From Phoronis australis (Eukaryota > Animalia > Phoronida), in NCBI GenBank assembly GCA_002633005.1, contig NMRA01000224.1, positions 392,769-456,768 on the forward strand: a stretch of DNA of 64,000 bases, in the 5' to 3' direction. This document shows positions 1 to 12,500 of this stretch, piece by piece (the stretch's first letter is position 1; each line of letters begins with the position of its first letter). A program made the translations under genes and the position numbers. The notes beneath the pieces are model-generated. The model searched no databases and was not told where the DNA came from. It saw only the letters and a list, made by a program, of their open reading frames with translations.

Positions 1-1767
1 AATATATTTATTTCAGAAGGATTGTGCGAACATCAACGCAAAGAGCTGTTATTCTGACGGTGACTGTTCTTGCTACGGATTATACATGTGCATCTCGGAA
101 AAATGTAAAATGCCTACTCCAGCAAAACAATCTACAGGTAAGCCAAGATCGGTCACGGTAATTTTTCACGAAAACCTTGGTTTAACCCTGTTTTCGTGAT
201 TTCAACCTATCCTCATTCTGTCACCTGCTAAGGAGTCATTGGCATCCCACTTGAATATCACACGCAGTAATCAAGTAAAAGTTCATACAGTACTCTGAGT
301 CCCAAACTGGATATAATGATTCTTGGTGGATGGACATTCTCTATTTTAACAATCGTGTAGGTCACGCGTTTCCGTTTAGCAGACTTTGTGAGCGGAGTTT
401 TCATATTTTGTTCCAAAATTTTGTGATATGTTGAGGTTTACAGAGCATTATTTTGCTTCAGACAACTGAATAGGAATGTTGTTTTCAATACCTACTAATA
501 GGCCAAAAATCGGGCGTGTTAATTCCTTTTATGTGTCCTAGAGCAGTTACCATTCTCACCTATTGTAAAATACCTGATGCCCGTGGTATGCATTCTGTGG
601 CGATGTCTTGGCGTTCTCCAAATGCCGAACCGCAACTTGTGTTCCTGCTGATTGAAGGCAGTATTAATGAGGCTGCATTCTCGTATTTGAATCAGTTGGG
701 TTACCAATGAACTGTCACCGGCTCAGATAGCCAAAACGTGTAATTGTTGGGTCTTATAGAAAATTTTTACTTATATGTTTGAATTACTACACAAAAACTG
801 CAAACTTTTCGTCAAAGTGTACCATTTACTGATAAATGATGATTAAGCATAACTTCCTACATCTGATAAGGAACTCGGCAAAAATGAGTTGTCTGTGTAG
901 GAGATTTCATGTATACCTTAACTCAAAGCGGCTACGAGCACGCTTTAGTAAAGAGTGGTTTGAACCTCCTACCATTACGAAATCGGTATCACCTTGCTCC
1001 ATAGTCAAGGCAGAGGTGATTCCTCGGCTTGAAAAGAACCCACGGTTCGTTATTGCATGAGACCAGGCTCATCAAACGCACAGTACTTGTCACGGCGGGT
1101 CGTTTTAGCCTGGTCTCAAGCAATGACGAATTACAACTTTTTGAAACTCCAGAAACCGCTTCTCATTTGAGTTAGGAATAAGCCGAGATTCGTTTCGTAT
1201 TGGAAAGCGATCTAAATAAAAAACTCGATTCTCTGACAGAACGCAGACTTGTATCCCAATGACGTCAGACGATCTCTGGCCGGTTGACTCTGTTTTATAT
1301 TTCTTCAAATCGCCACTCTCTTTCCTTTCATTACACGCATGCGCAATACTGATTGAATTTTCAAATTATACCGGACGTACAAGCTATGTTGCAACATTTC
1401 AACAGAACTTTCGCTTTCATTGAAAACTAAGGAACAACCTTTTTTCTTTGCAGAACACGCTGGAGGTATCTGGGGAGAACCATTTAACCCCGAGTCACTC
1501 GGTGGAGTGGTTGACGGAGACATTTACGACGGAACAGAGGGTCCGACCAGTAAACAATCGCTTACTCACGCCTGGGGTTTTATCGCGAAAAAGTGAATCC
1601 GTATTACTTTTAAATTGCGTGATTTTAAAAGCTACATTCCATGAATAAGCATTGCCAGTGTGTGTGGGTGTGCGTGCGTATAAAATAAAAATGTCTAAGA
1701 TGACTGCCGTCTTTAAACTAGAATAAATGAAATTACTACTGTCTAACGACCAAGGAGTGTACTAGTT

Positions 1768-2915
1768 GCGAAGGCAACCTTTTTCCAGGTCATTTTTATC
1801 AAAAATAAGGTTCGTTGGTTATCCCAGACATATTTTTCACTTAATTGCAGCTTTTCGGAATTTAATTAATTAATCGTGCTCTACTCCGGAAGTGATGTCT
1901 TGGAAGGCAAGAATTTCGCGCCAATTTCTTTTCATAGAGTCTGACTGTGAGAGCTGTGGAGTCAGTCATTGTTCTACTTCTTTTGCTTTTGTTTACGAGT
2001 CAGACAACATGCCACACTGATGCTGCGTACTCTAGCTGTACTTCATCTACTGTCGCCCGTGCCTCTGAACATACAGAGCGTGCAATTCTGGGAACTAGCA
2101 GTGATTTGCCCTGTACGTGCTGTTGTCTCTAACACAGAGCCTATAAGCCGACCTGCAGCGATGTTGAGTTGTGGGAGTGAATACAGGCCCAGTTCGACAC
2201 CCAGTGAAGAGGACAGTTCGTCGTCCAACGAACAGATCTGTGAGCCAAACTTTGATAAGTTTATTGCGGACTTCTCTAAAGTATTGGAGCTATTTAGAAA
2301 GTGCCAGGTGTGTGGCGAGGTAGTCACACTACGGGTTGTAAGCAGTTTGGGTGCTCAGGTCACCATCCAGTGGGAGTGTGTCGCGGGACAATGGGGCAAG
2401 TGGGACAGTTGTGCCTGTGCATACTCTGCCTCATTATACTCAGGCTCAAACATACAAAGTATACCCACCCACTGACTGTCCGTGAAAAAATTCTTTGTCA
2501 CCACTGCTAAATGAACAATGTCTCCGTTACTCACGTCACTACCGTCACTGTGATATGGGTCGCCGACTCCAGTCATTTTCAGATTAATACAAACTAAACA
2601 AACTAAAGAATACCTAAATCCAACGTAAGTGGGTTCTCTAACAACCTAGTTTGTCGTAGAAAATTCGTCGATGAGAAGTGGTGACGACATTTTTAGAAAA
2701 ACAGCCCGAAAAGAAAAGTAGTACAGATCCTCACACTAAACTCAACGAAGAGCCAATTTGGCGCGAAAACCTTGCCTCCCAAAACGTTATTTCCGGAGTA
2801 GAGGACGAGTAATTAATAAAATTACGAAAAATTACAATTAAGTGTAAAATATGCCTGGGATAACCAACGAACCTTATTTTTGCTAAAAATGACATGAAAA
2901 AGGTCGCCTTCGCCT
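1768..2915. mobile_element. Non-autonomous DNA transposon (Kolobok-like) with ~160-bp imperfect TIRs and a transposase-like relic
   Basis: 1768-1926 is the inverted copy of ~2755-2915; right end CCT|TTAA. Internal ORF has CQVCG...WECVAGQWGKWDS, a Zn-ribbon-like motif. Confidence 0.6.
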
Positions 2916-3165
2916 TTAACGTATCACAGAAGCTCGGCCCCCATGGAAAGCAGGTTGTACTGATGGGGCTACCCTCATTGTAAATATTACATTAATAAAT
3001 AAATAAATAAATAAAGATCCACTAACGTATTCCAAAAAACAAAGGTTTTTTAAAGATGGATCTGTTTGGAAAATGCGGTTAGCTAAGACGAAATTTTTGG
3101 CGAATGGTAGAAGGATTATTGTGTACTCCAAATTTGCAGTTACTCGAAGCATGTCAATGAACAAT

Positions 3166-3336
3166 CAGGGGCGACGCAGCACTGAAAAAAGTGGGGGCGG
3201 GNNNNNNNNNNNNGGGGGCGGGGGGGCTGTAGCCCACCAGCCCCTTGTGGTTCACCGCCCATAGACCATGGGTGGCGAAGCACTGAAAAACAAGGGAGGG
3301 CTATAGTCTCCAGCCCCCTGTGGTGCGCCACCCATG
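3166..3336. mobile_element. Two adjacent short GC-rich MITEs
   Basis: CAGGGGCG...CGCCCATAG and CATGGGTGGCG...CGCCACCCATG; the second is flanked by AC/AC. Confidence 0.55.
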
Positions 3337-4787
3337 ACAGTAAGGCGTTGCCGGATAAGGCGTCTTGAGGGCCGTGGCTGTAGGAGAAATCGTTGTGAGT
3401 ACTTTCACCTGGTAATTTACTCGTGTCTTCTATGACTATGTAAAACATTTTTAATGTATTATTTAAAAGTTGACACGTTTCACATTCTCTTTTAAAAACG
3501 GAGTGTATAGTGATTAACTGTCACATGTGATGAGCATTAGAAGGCGCTGCAAACAAAAGCACTGATCAATAGGGCCGACCCTGATTACAAAGCGGCACAC
3601 GATTACGCTGTATTTACCCACAATGCCACAGTATCCGTTAAGCAATTTGTATTTCATGCCACTGAATTTCCACATATTCTTTGCTGTTGAGGTATTCTTC
3701 ACACCTTTTTCTCGGCTGCAATATTCTATTCGCCCTCCTGCTGTGACGTAGGCTGCAATTCCAATAGGATTAAGATTTGTCTCAACTTCCAAACTTTCAC
3801 ATCTGGAAAGTTTGTCAAAATTAAGACAAAACAAGCCAAAATTTTAAGTCGTGATTAAGATCTCATTCTTAAAACTTGATACACATTTAAGTTTCATCGC
3901 CTTCCCGACATCAATCAGAAAATGAGGAACCGGATTGGATAAAGGAATGTCGTTTATTTGAACCCAACATGATCCCGTTTCTTAAAGATACCCTTTATAT
4001 TCCGTTACTTTTGAACGTTTGAAATCAAGAATATTTCCACCGCTATCCACCTCGAAGGTGGGCGACGTGACCTGCCTGAAATTACAATCTTACCTCCGGG
4101 AAACAGGAGAGTGTTATCGCTGTGTAATTCGGGATGACCCTGTTGCAAACAGAAACTTTCTGGAACGCGCTGTTGATGCAGATTGTCGGTTATAGGCTAC
4201 ACTGGCCTATCTACCTCGGGTACCAGAGTAGAAAATATCTGTCTGATCGACAAATAGCTCCGCTAAAACATTTGAGCTCCTTTCTGTCATGAGTTAGATC
4301 GACATGGGGCTAACTTAATGTTATCTGGCTAAATTAAGACAAAGCTCGGAACATCATATTTCAGGAATGGATTCATGTGAAACTTTCAGTTACCCTGCAT
4401 CATGCACTGTTCTTTAAACGCTGGGAATTGTTTTTGAAAGTTTCCATTTTTGCACGAGCGGTTAAAAAATAGATGAGTTTTGTGAAAAAATTAAAAGTTA
4501 CATAAAACGATAATAAGATGATAATTTAAAAAACTGCAACAGCATTTTTTGAAATATCATCTTGAACATATACATGAATGGAATTTTGGTCACGTTAGTG
4601 ATTACGTTGCCTTGGTGTGAATTTCGCTAAATTTTACTAAAAAGACATGGTCACGTGATTCAAATAATAACGGATTGGTATAAAGTCAGAAATCGAATTC
4701 TACACGCTCTATACTATCAGAAAACATATTATTTGCTTCTACGGAGTTAAGTTGTATAATTTTATAGATAGTAGGTTGCATACATCG

Positions 4788-4926
4788 TTAAGTCCATAAA
4801 GCCATACATAACTTTAAGTCCATAAAGCCATACATAACTTTAAGTCCATAAAGCCATACATAACTTTAAGTCCATAAAGCCATACATAACTTTAAGTCCA
4901 TCAAGCCATACATAACTTTAAGTCCA
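4788..4926. repeat. 26-bp tandem repeat, ~5.3 copies
   Basis: Unit TAAGTCCATAAAGCCATACATAACTT. Confidence 0.95.
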
Positions 4927-7087
4927 AAATGTCACTCATTAACCTGACACGGGCCAGAGTGTGCTAAGATGGACATTTGGTCTAAATGAACAAACATTAC
5001 GACTATCAGTTCACTACTGTAAATTATTGAGGAACAATTTTTGTTGTTATATTTCGCAATCTCTTACAACTTAAAGGGCCTAAACAATGTCGAATCAAAT
5101 ATAGCCTGCTTTTGATTCTAGAACCTGCATATCACAATACGAAAACGCTCAACTTTAAATACGTGAATTTTATACATTTGAAAAGCACACATATAAGTGA
5201 AATGGAAACGTTAAAATAAAACTGCGCAGTTAAATTACTGACGAAACATTTTTAAAGCGCGTAGAGCTCAGGACCTATTGAATACTAACCTAAAAAGTCT
5301 GTGGACCTTGTAATGTGACCTGTCCCGGTCGGTCGACATAATTTGCAACCCATCTCTTGCGAGAAGTTTTAACACTACACCCGCCATTGTGCCGCTAGTA
5401 CTCAATCTAATGGATATTCCGACAGTTCATGTACAGCAAGCAAATTTGTAGCACGTAGACTATCCTTATTTCAGATCACGTGCAGCTCTTTTCAGCAATA
5501 AGCCTTAAGGCCATATTAATCTCAATTGGCTGAAAACTGATCGAACACTTCATTCAGAAACAAACTATTGCGGACATAACGCACGGTGAGCGATTATTCT
5601 GTGCGAACGCAAAGTCACGATTTTAAACCTGGGCAGTAACGATATAATGTTTTCACAGAGAACCACAGGACTTTGTAGTCTGGTCTAAAATGGTGATTTG
5701 CAGTTCACAAACAAATGAGAATATGAAGCCTCATATTATGAAACTATCAACATTAAAACTCTTCGCAATGCATTTTGTTTTTATGTCCGGCTTCACAAAC
5801 ATTTACATTTCTACACCATCGAACATCTACCCCTTAGACTACTATTTACCTAACAGAGACAAAACGGCTTAGATCTACATGTATTCTGGCTTATGGTTGG
5901 CCATAGAAATGACGTCGAGTAACAAATTTACACACTGGTCTCCTCACATCACAATAATCTGCCTTTACTGTTAATTCCATGTTATTCGCTGGATAACTGC
6001 AACAAATCTAACTATCCGCATATTTGTATACTGCGGCATGATGCTAGTTCGTTGTAAATGAACAACACTGACGCAACACCTATCAGTCTAATCAACTCAC
6101 GTGATTATCCAAATAAAGAAGTCAACATACCGGTAGTCAAAATCATGCACGAATCCGACTCGCGCTGGAGCTTAGGAAGATACTTTTCAGAGTAGAATTT
6201 ATCAATTCGATTTGATAGATTTGATATTCACATTGTCTTATGTGCGATATTTCAACCTATTTCTATCGACACTTTTGAAATGTGGTTGCAAAAGCTCATA
6301 CGGCCGCGGTTACAATCGCACGAGCAACTTCAGGCATTCAAGAGAAAGTGAAATGCTGTGCGGGCGTAAGATGATCATGGAGCTCTTTCGTTCTCTGTAA
6401 GGTGCCTTGGGACCCTCGGCATACTTACAACCATCTTAGGATTTTTATTTCGAAATGTAGGTTTGTACGAAACCCATGTGTTGCACTCACTGTAGACGAG
6501 GTTTGCAACAACCAAATCACCTGTTCAGAGAAAAATAAAAACCGTAGGATTTCAATACAGCTAACTTTCAGGTGATAAGAAATACGAAAGAATCAAAAGT
6601 TTTCTTTATTATATAAGCGGGTTGTAGCCGGTTTGATCCCTTTTTTACGTATCACCGAGTGCATAGGGAAACACCGAAATGACAAAACAGGAAGAATTAA
6701 AATGAAAAACAGACAAATGCGTGTGCTGGAGCGAGATTACATAAACGCGTGGATGACGGAAAAGCCTCCAGTTTTACGTGCGCTCGTCCTCAGTTGGCGG
6801 GGAGCCAACGATCCTAATCGAAGGTACAATCGTTTGTATTAAACTCGTTCTGGCGGGGTTTCACCGTTAACACTCTAATAATTCATCAACATAGCAGAGA
6901 GATTGATTTCGTAATTCATTGGCAGTTAGCGCAAAGAGCAGAATTGAGTCGAGGCTACGTGCGACCTCTGGCAGACAATAGTGCAGCAGTTTCCCGTTAC
7001 CAAAGACAACACTGACCAATTATGTATGTCCTCCTCTCATTCATAAACAACTGAAACAAAGTAACTTTCGAAATTCCTGTTGGTTGG

Positions 7088-7991
7088 CTGTGGCGGATCT
7101 AGGATATCACAAGGGGGGCATTTTTTTGTCCGGCTGTAAACATTTGCGCAAACTGAACCACGATTGTAGATGCGCATAGCACCGAAGTGGGGGGAGGTCG
7201 GGAGGGGGGTTTGCCCCGCCCAAGAATTTTTTCTGTTTTTACCTCTAAAAATCAAACATTTTGCTTGATTCCTGAAGACAAAAGAAAAAAAAAACGGAGA
7301 ACGTGTCGAACAGAAAAAACTGCAAGAACCTAAGACTCGAACTCACGACCTGGCGAATATTGCGAGCGTGCGTTACCACTACACCACCACAACTTAACTA
7401 CTAATCTCTTTCTAAGAGACCTACTTATTTATGGTCCACAGCGTTTGCGCGCGAAACCTACGTCTTTTTGTAATGCTTATTACACGTTTTATATTTTGTG
7501 CCATCAATTCTTAACAAATTTGTCGTATTTAAAATTATAGTCTTCAAATGCCCAAAAGACCAAACCCGTTTTTCGTGTTGGCAATAATGACGGGATTGCT
7601 TTGGTAATCGTCTTAAGATAAAGTTTGACAAAGAGAGTATTGCGAGTTTCTGAGTGATTCACTAAGCCTTCGATTAAAATTCACATCTTACCAGCAGCTT
7701 CTGTTTTTTCATCGTCACTCAGGTTCCATTTTCTTTAAAAAATGAAGTAAATTTTCTTCATTGCACAGTGGAGCAGACGACGGAAACGGAGTCGTAGTGC
7801 GCAGTGCCACTGCCGGTCGCCTGGGATATNAAAACTGCACACATTTAAATCTTTTTTCATCCGTATAATTTTAATTACCGGGGTTAATTAATAAACTCAA
7901 CATTTCCCTACGCTCTTACTGTTTTATTTTTTTTGCGGCAGCCAAGGGGGGGGGGGGCCGAGCCCCATGTCCCCCCCTAAATCCGCCTATG
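7088..7991 (+). mobile_element. ~900-bp non-autonomous DNA element (GGCGGAT(C/T)TAGG termini) containing a tRNA-like segment
   Basis: Imperfect TIRs ctgtggcggatctagg / cctaaatccgcctatg; a second copy lies in opposite orientation at 53878-54617. Confidence 0.75.
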
Positions 7992-8456
7992 GTTGCAACA
8001 ATTACATTCAAACATTCTGACAAGCTGACATTGAAAAATACTCAAGTATAGTGATCTATTAATTAAGTGTTTTTATTACCTATATTTCGTAGCAGCTTAC
8101 TGCAGAATTCGTATTATTCAGTGAGAAGAATGATTTCACACATATTAGCGGTACAGCAGATTTGAACCAACAAGCTTGGCAGATGCAGTCGCTCTGTCGC
8201 TGAGATAAACCACAAGCGTTATGTTGCAGAAAATTTAAATGACAAAGGCACCTGCCTTGATTTGGTTGTTTTTTAAGTTTATAGTTTAAACTAGCCTATC
8301 CAATCCAGCAACTATCCCAAACACTTAGCAATGTCAGTTTAAAGGGATTCCGAAACTTAAATTACCATCTATGACAGCAATAGCTGCTTGGTTCTTGACC
8401 TCCAAGTCTGCTGCCGGTGACTCCTTGGCGTACCGAATCGGCTGACAACTTTATTA

Positions 8457-9520
8457 TCAAAGTTCTATAAGCTTGAGTCCTCCGAAAAGTATTTGCGTTT
8501 CGGACTTTCGTTTCTTTGTCTTCTTTGACGATTTAGACTCATTTGACGCTATACTGTAAGCAACACTAGAACAAGACTTGCTGCTTTTTCTTTTCTTCTT
8601 AGCATTTTTTTTACCGGAACCACTTGCACATTTGTCCGACTTACAGTCATCTTCTGCTTCCCTGTGTCCTGACGACTCGTTTTCCAGCGAAGAATTTATT
8701 GCACGTGACTGTGATGTTGTTTTCTTTCTGTGTCTGGCTCTCTTCTTCCCTGATTTTCCACCAGACTTCTTAGCGCACTGATATTCAGTGCTTTGAGTTT
8801 CATCAACCGCCTCCGATTGGCCAAAAAATGACGGAATCCCGTGTTCTTTGCTCACATGTATATCTTCAGCGTCCAGCCTGCTGGTTTCTATCCTCTCCAA
8901 TGTTGTCCTTCGAAAACGCATGGGATCATTGCATCTCATTAGTCCGTATCTGGAACGGGAATCAGCATTGTATATTGAATCATGTGGTGACTGTTGCAAA
9001 TCTCGACTCATTCTGGGCTCTGAAAGCCCGCCCAAGCCTTCGCCATGCTTGGCAAATGTTGAAGGCATGTCTGTCGAAACTCTAGGCGTTACCTTTGAAG
9101 TTAAAAAGGAACTGTCTTTTTCAATCAATCGTCTTCTCCATGAGCTCTCGTCGCTTGCATTCATCTTGGAATGTTCAGCCGTAGTCGTTTTCTCCTTTTC
9201 ACGTACAGTCGAGACCATAGGCGAGTTTTGTGTCGTAAAAACGTTACTCCCAGTCGCAGACCTCTGGTCTTCATTGTTGCTGGCAGGTTTTGACAACACG
9301 CTCGTTTGTTCACTTGGCCGAGTTCCTAAAGATGCTCCTCTAACTGATTCAACCCTCGCTCTACGTAGTGTTGACTTCACTCGTTCTATGGCTAACAGTT
9401 TCTTTATTTTTGTGAAGATTAAAACACTGAAGACTATAATTACTAAACTAAGAACACCCGCCAACTATGAGCCGACAATCATGTGCACGCCAATCAGTGG
9501 TGCAGCTCTGACCATTTTAT
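8457..9520 (-). CDS. Terminal exon: TM helix + Ser/Lys-rich cytoplasmic tail (in-frame TAG at 9465-9467)
   Basis: Acceptor ttcatttcAG at 9521-9522. Phase-1 reading gives DKMVRAAPLIGVHMIVGS*LAGVLSLVIIVFSVLIFTKIKK, then 335 open codons ending TGA TAA TAA. Confidence 0.8.
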
Positions 9521-12500
9521 CTGAAATGAAAATAGACTTAAGTCTGAAATGCACACAGTAGAATGTCCCTTTTGAAAATTGATATACATGTACGTGTACA
9601 GACTGAAGATGTCACCATTGCCAGCTCTATGACGTGGTAAGGACATCAAAATTTTATTTTTGAACAGAAGCGTAAACCCTGAAAACGCAATACAGATGAC
9701 GTTTTTTCCCTTTTTGGTCGCAAGCGTAGAGCGGGGGGCACCCAGGGCAATTCTTACTTGTTTTCTTTACGGGTGGTTGAACATGTCCAAACGATAAGAA
9801 AGTGGAAAATTGCCGTCTTCACAACAAAAAGCGAAATTTTCAGTCATCAGGTGGTGTAGAATAAGGGCTTCCACAGGTGGTGTAAAATAAGGGTTTCTCA
9901 ACTCGTCATTCTAGGCATGCGTGAGCAGAATAACCGGAAGCCAGTCAAATAGGTAAAATTTCTGCTATTTGTACTTTTGAACCTGCGCGACAATTTACGA
10001 ACCCGTTGTGTCATTCACGGGAACAGTGTCAACGTTTTCCCAGCCTTGCTTTAAAGTTTGAATGGTAATGTTGTACGGGGTATCGGCCATTAGTTGTGTA
10101 CACGTGGCGTTGTTTTGCTGCGTCAGGCTGGTTGCCGTGGCAATACCGTTATGGCTGCATACCATAATGTAACCGTCTTTGTTTCCCCGAGCTTGAGTCC
10201 ATCTGGCAGTGATCGACCACGCCGTTTTTTCTGATACTTCTACATTAGTGGCAAGGTCGAGCTCTGAAAATATGATGAAATAAGCAAATTCATTTAAAGA
10301 AGTCGCCCCAACCAAAAAAATCACCCAAACGCCTCTTACACGTGCATCTAGATGAATGAAAATTCGATTGCACCATTGGCAAGTAGAGGCCGACACCAAA
10401 CAATGCAATTAGCGCCTAGGTTCTACTATGACAACCAGGGTTCTTAACTTCATGCCACACGACCGTTTCTTTAATTTCCTCCAGAATGGAAATCGTGAAT
10501 TCTCTCCAAAATTCCTGACTCGCAGGTCAATCAATTCATTTCAGAGCCATCATCCTAAACGGCGCTAGTAAGATAAACACCCACTTTTCGCGCAGTTTTG
10601 CGTGCTCTGGCGTGTTCTCGCCAATCTCACGAGAAATTAGCTCTACGAAATGCACCTAAATACTCACTGGAGGTTGTTTCCGTTTCCTACCAAAGAACCT
10701 CACTTCTAATCCTGTACAGGATAGGCTAAATTATATCAATCACCGTGAGGAAACATAATTTCAGAATCTAGTTTTGCCATTTTGGTGGTTTGGGGAACTG
10801 GCAGGAAACAGTCACTTTTGAATGTTTGCCAGCCGTTTTGGACCCTCGCTTTCATTTTCCAATGGAAGTGAAGGGATCAAATATACTACCCAGTTGTTCA
10901 CGGTTCCTAAACAGCACGGAAATTTTGTGTACTTATCGGGCGGTCCGTCGATCGTCCATTTCTTCTATTATTACACAAACATTGATAATTTTGTCCTTTG
11001 ATTGGCTGAACTGACACGGAACTACAACTTCCCATATAGCGGCATATTGAGGCACATCGTCCAACTTAGTGAAGAATATTACTTTCATTTCATGCCGCCC
11101 GGACGTCAGATTCGCGATTTGACCAATCAGACGCTGTACAAAAGATAAACCATCACTACGAAGTGTGCAGATGATGCCAGTACATCAAAGCAGCTACATA
11201 CAATCTAATGTAATGAGAGACGGAGGGAAGAAGCGTCAGGGGTAGTGTAATAAACCACTAACTGACCGATCTCTACTGCCACAATTGAACTACCGCCTTT
11301 ACAAACTTTCGACAAACAAACTATACGTTTTACTCGACAACGCGTTGTTTGTCGTGTAAAATGGCGGCTTGGAAACGAAGGTGTCTCAATAATGCTGCAT
11401 TCTGATTGGTCAGTTAAGCAGTCATTCGAGATACTGTCGATAGGCCAATTTACGTGTCGTCTGTATTTTACCAGCCTCATTCCACTCGGAGGAAGAGCCT
11501 GCGCCAGTACCGTTTGTGGCCTTTTGAAACTGCCCAAGCCGTGAGAGTCTTTTTATTTTAAATAGTTTATAATTTCTTAATCCAAATAGTATACGACCAC
11601 GACAATCCACTCTATGACATTTTGTGGACATCGGTCACAGTCTATGTCGGATGACAACGGATCACAAGCTAAGCCTGTATATCAGGTCCTACGTGGCGAA
11701 GGTGATGCTACTGCTTCAGTAGCTTTTCCAAGGTTATGTTTCCCACTTTCTAAAATCTCACAACTTACTTGTTTTTAGGCTTATCTCCTCTGTCGCAACA
11801 GCAACGAAATTCTTCCTCGTTGTTGTTACCGTAATAGTGTAAATAGAGCCAGGAGTAGTTGGGGAGCAGGTGCCAAATTCATTCTCTTTGTCAACGCTTG
11901 TCTGAATAGGCCTTTCCCCCTGTATCCAACACTTTAAAATGTAACCATCCCTGTAGCCTTGCGCATGCGTCCATGAAACGTGAATGGCGTCCGCAGAAAC
12001 CAACGTCGTAATGTTCGACACTCTCGATGTTGCTGAAATGCAAAACAATGGAGTGGGCGCTGGACTGAGACAACTCTTGGGGGAGTGGGTTTCCACCTCC
12101 GTTGGGACAAGTAATGTAGCGACACAACGCAAGGCGTGGCATCACTGGTCATAAAGTCTTGGTTTACTGAACAGTTGCATTCAGGGCATGTTTTATACTA
12201 CCTGTTGTTCTTGTGAGCTCACTATTCTAACTGGGTACATGTACCTCTCAACAATTCGAGGGTTCACAAATTCGACAAATGTTAATATTTTTAAGGTCGG
12301 AAGGTTCGCGCTGACTCACAAATCGCAGGCAAATTTGTTTCAGACAGGCCTGGAGCTCACTATATTAGTGTAACAGGAGTGCCCTGGACATGATTATGTA
12401 AGTAAGATATATGCGCCCTCTAGTGGTCAAGCTGTGTATTACGTATGGAATTTTCCTATGATGTTGAGTCCTTTGGACATGGCCAAATATGGTCAGAGCC

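Noticed and set aside
7329-7389. Functional tRNA gene
   Set aside because: No convincing acceptor or anticodon stems, and it is embedded in a repeated element.
9465-9466. ctcatAG as an alternative acceptor that bypasses the stop
   Set aside because: It needs a phase-0 donor, but all upstream FN3 exons end in phase 1, which gives a stop within five codons.
8848-9561. 237-aa plus-strand ORF
   Set aside because: Antisense shadow of the terminal exon.
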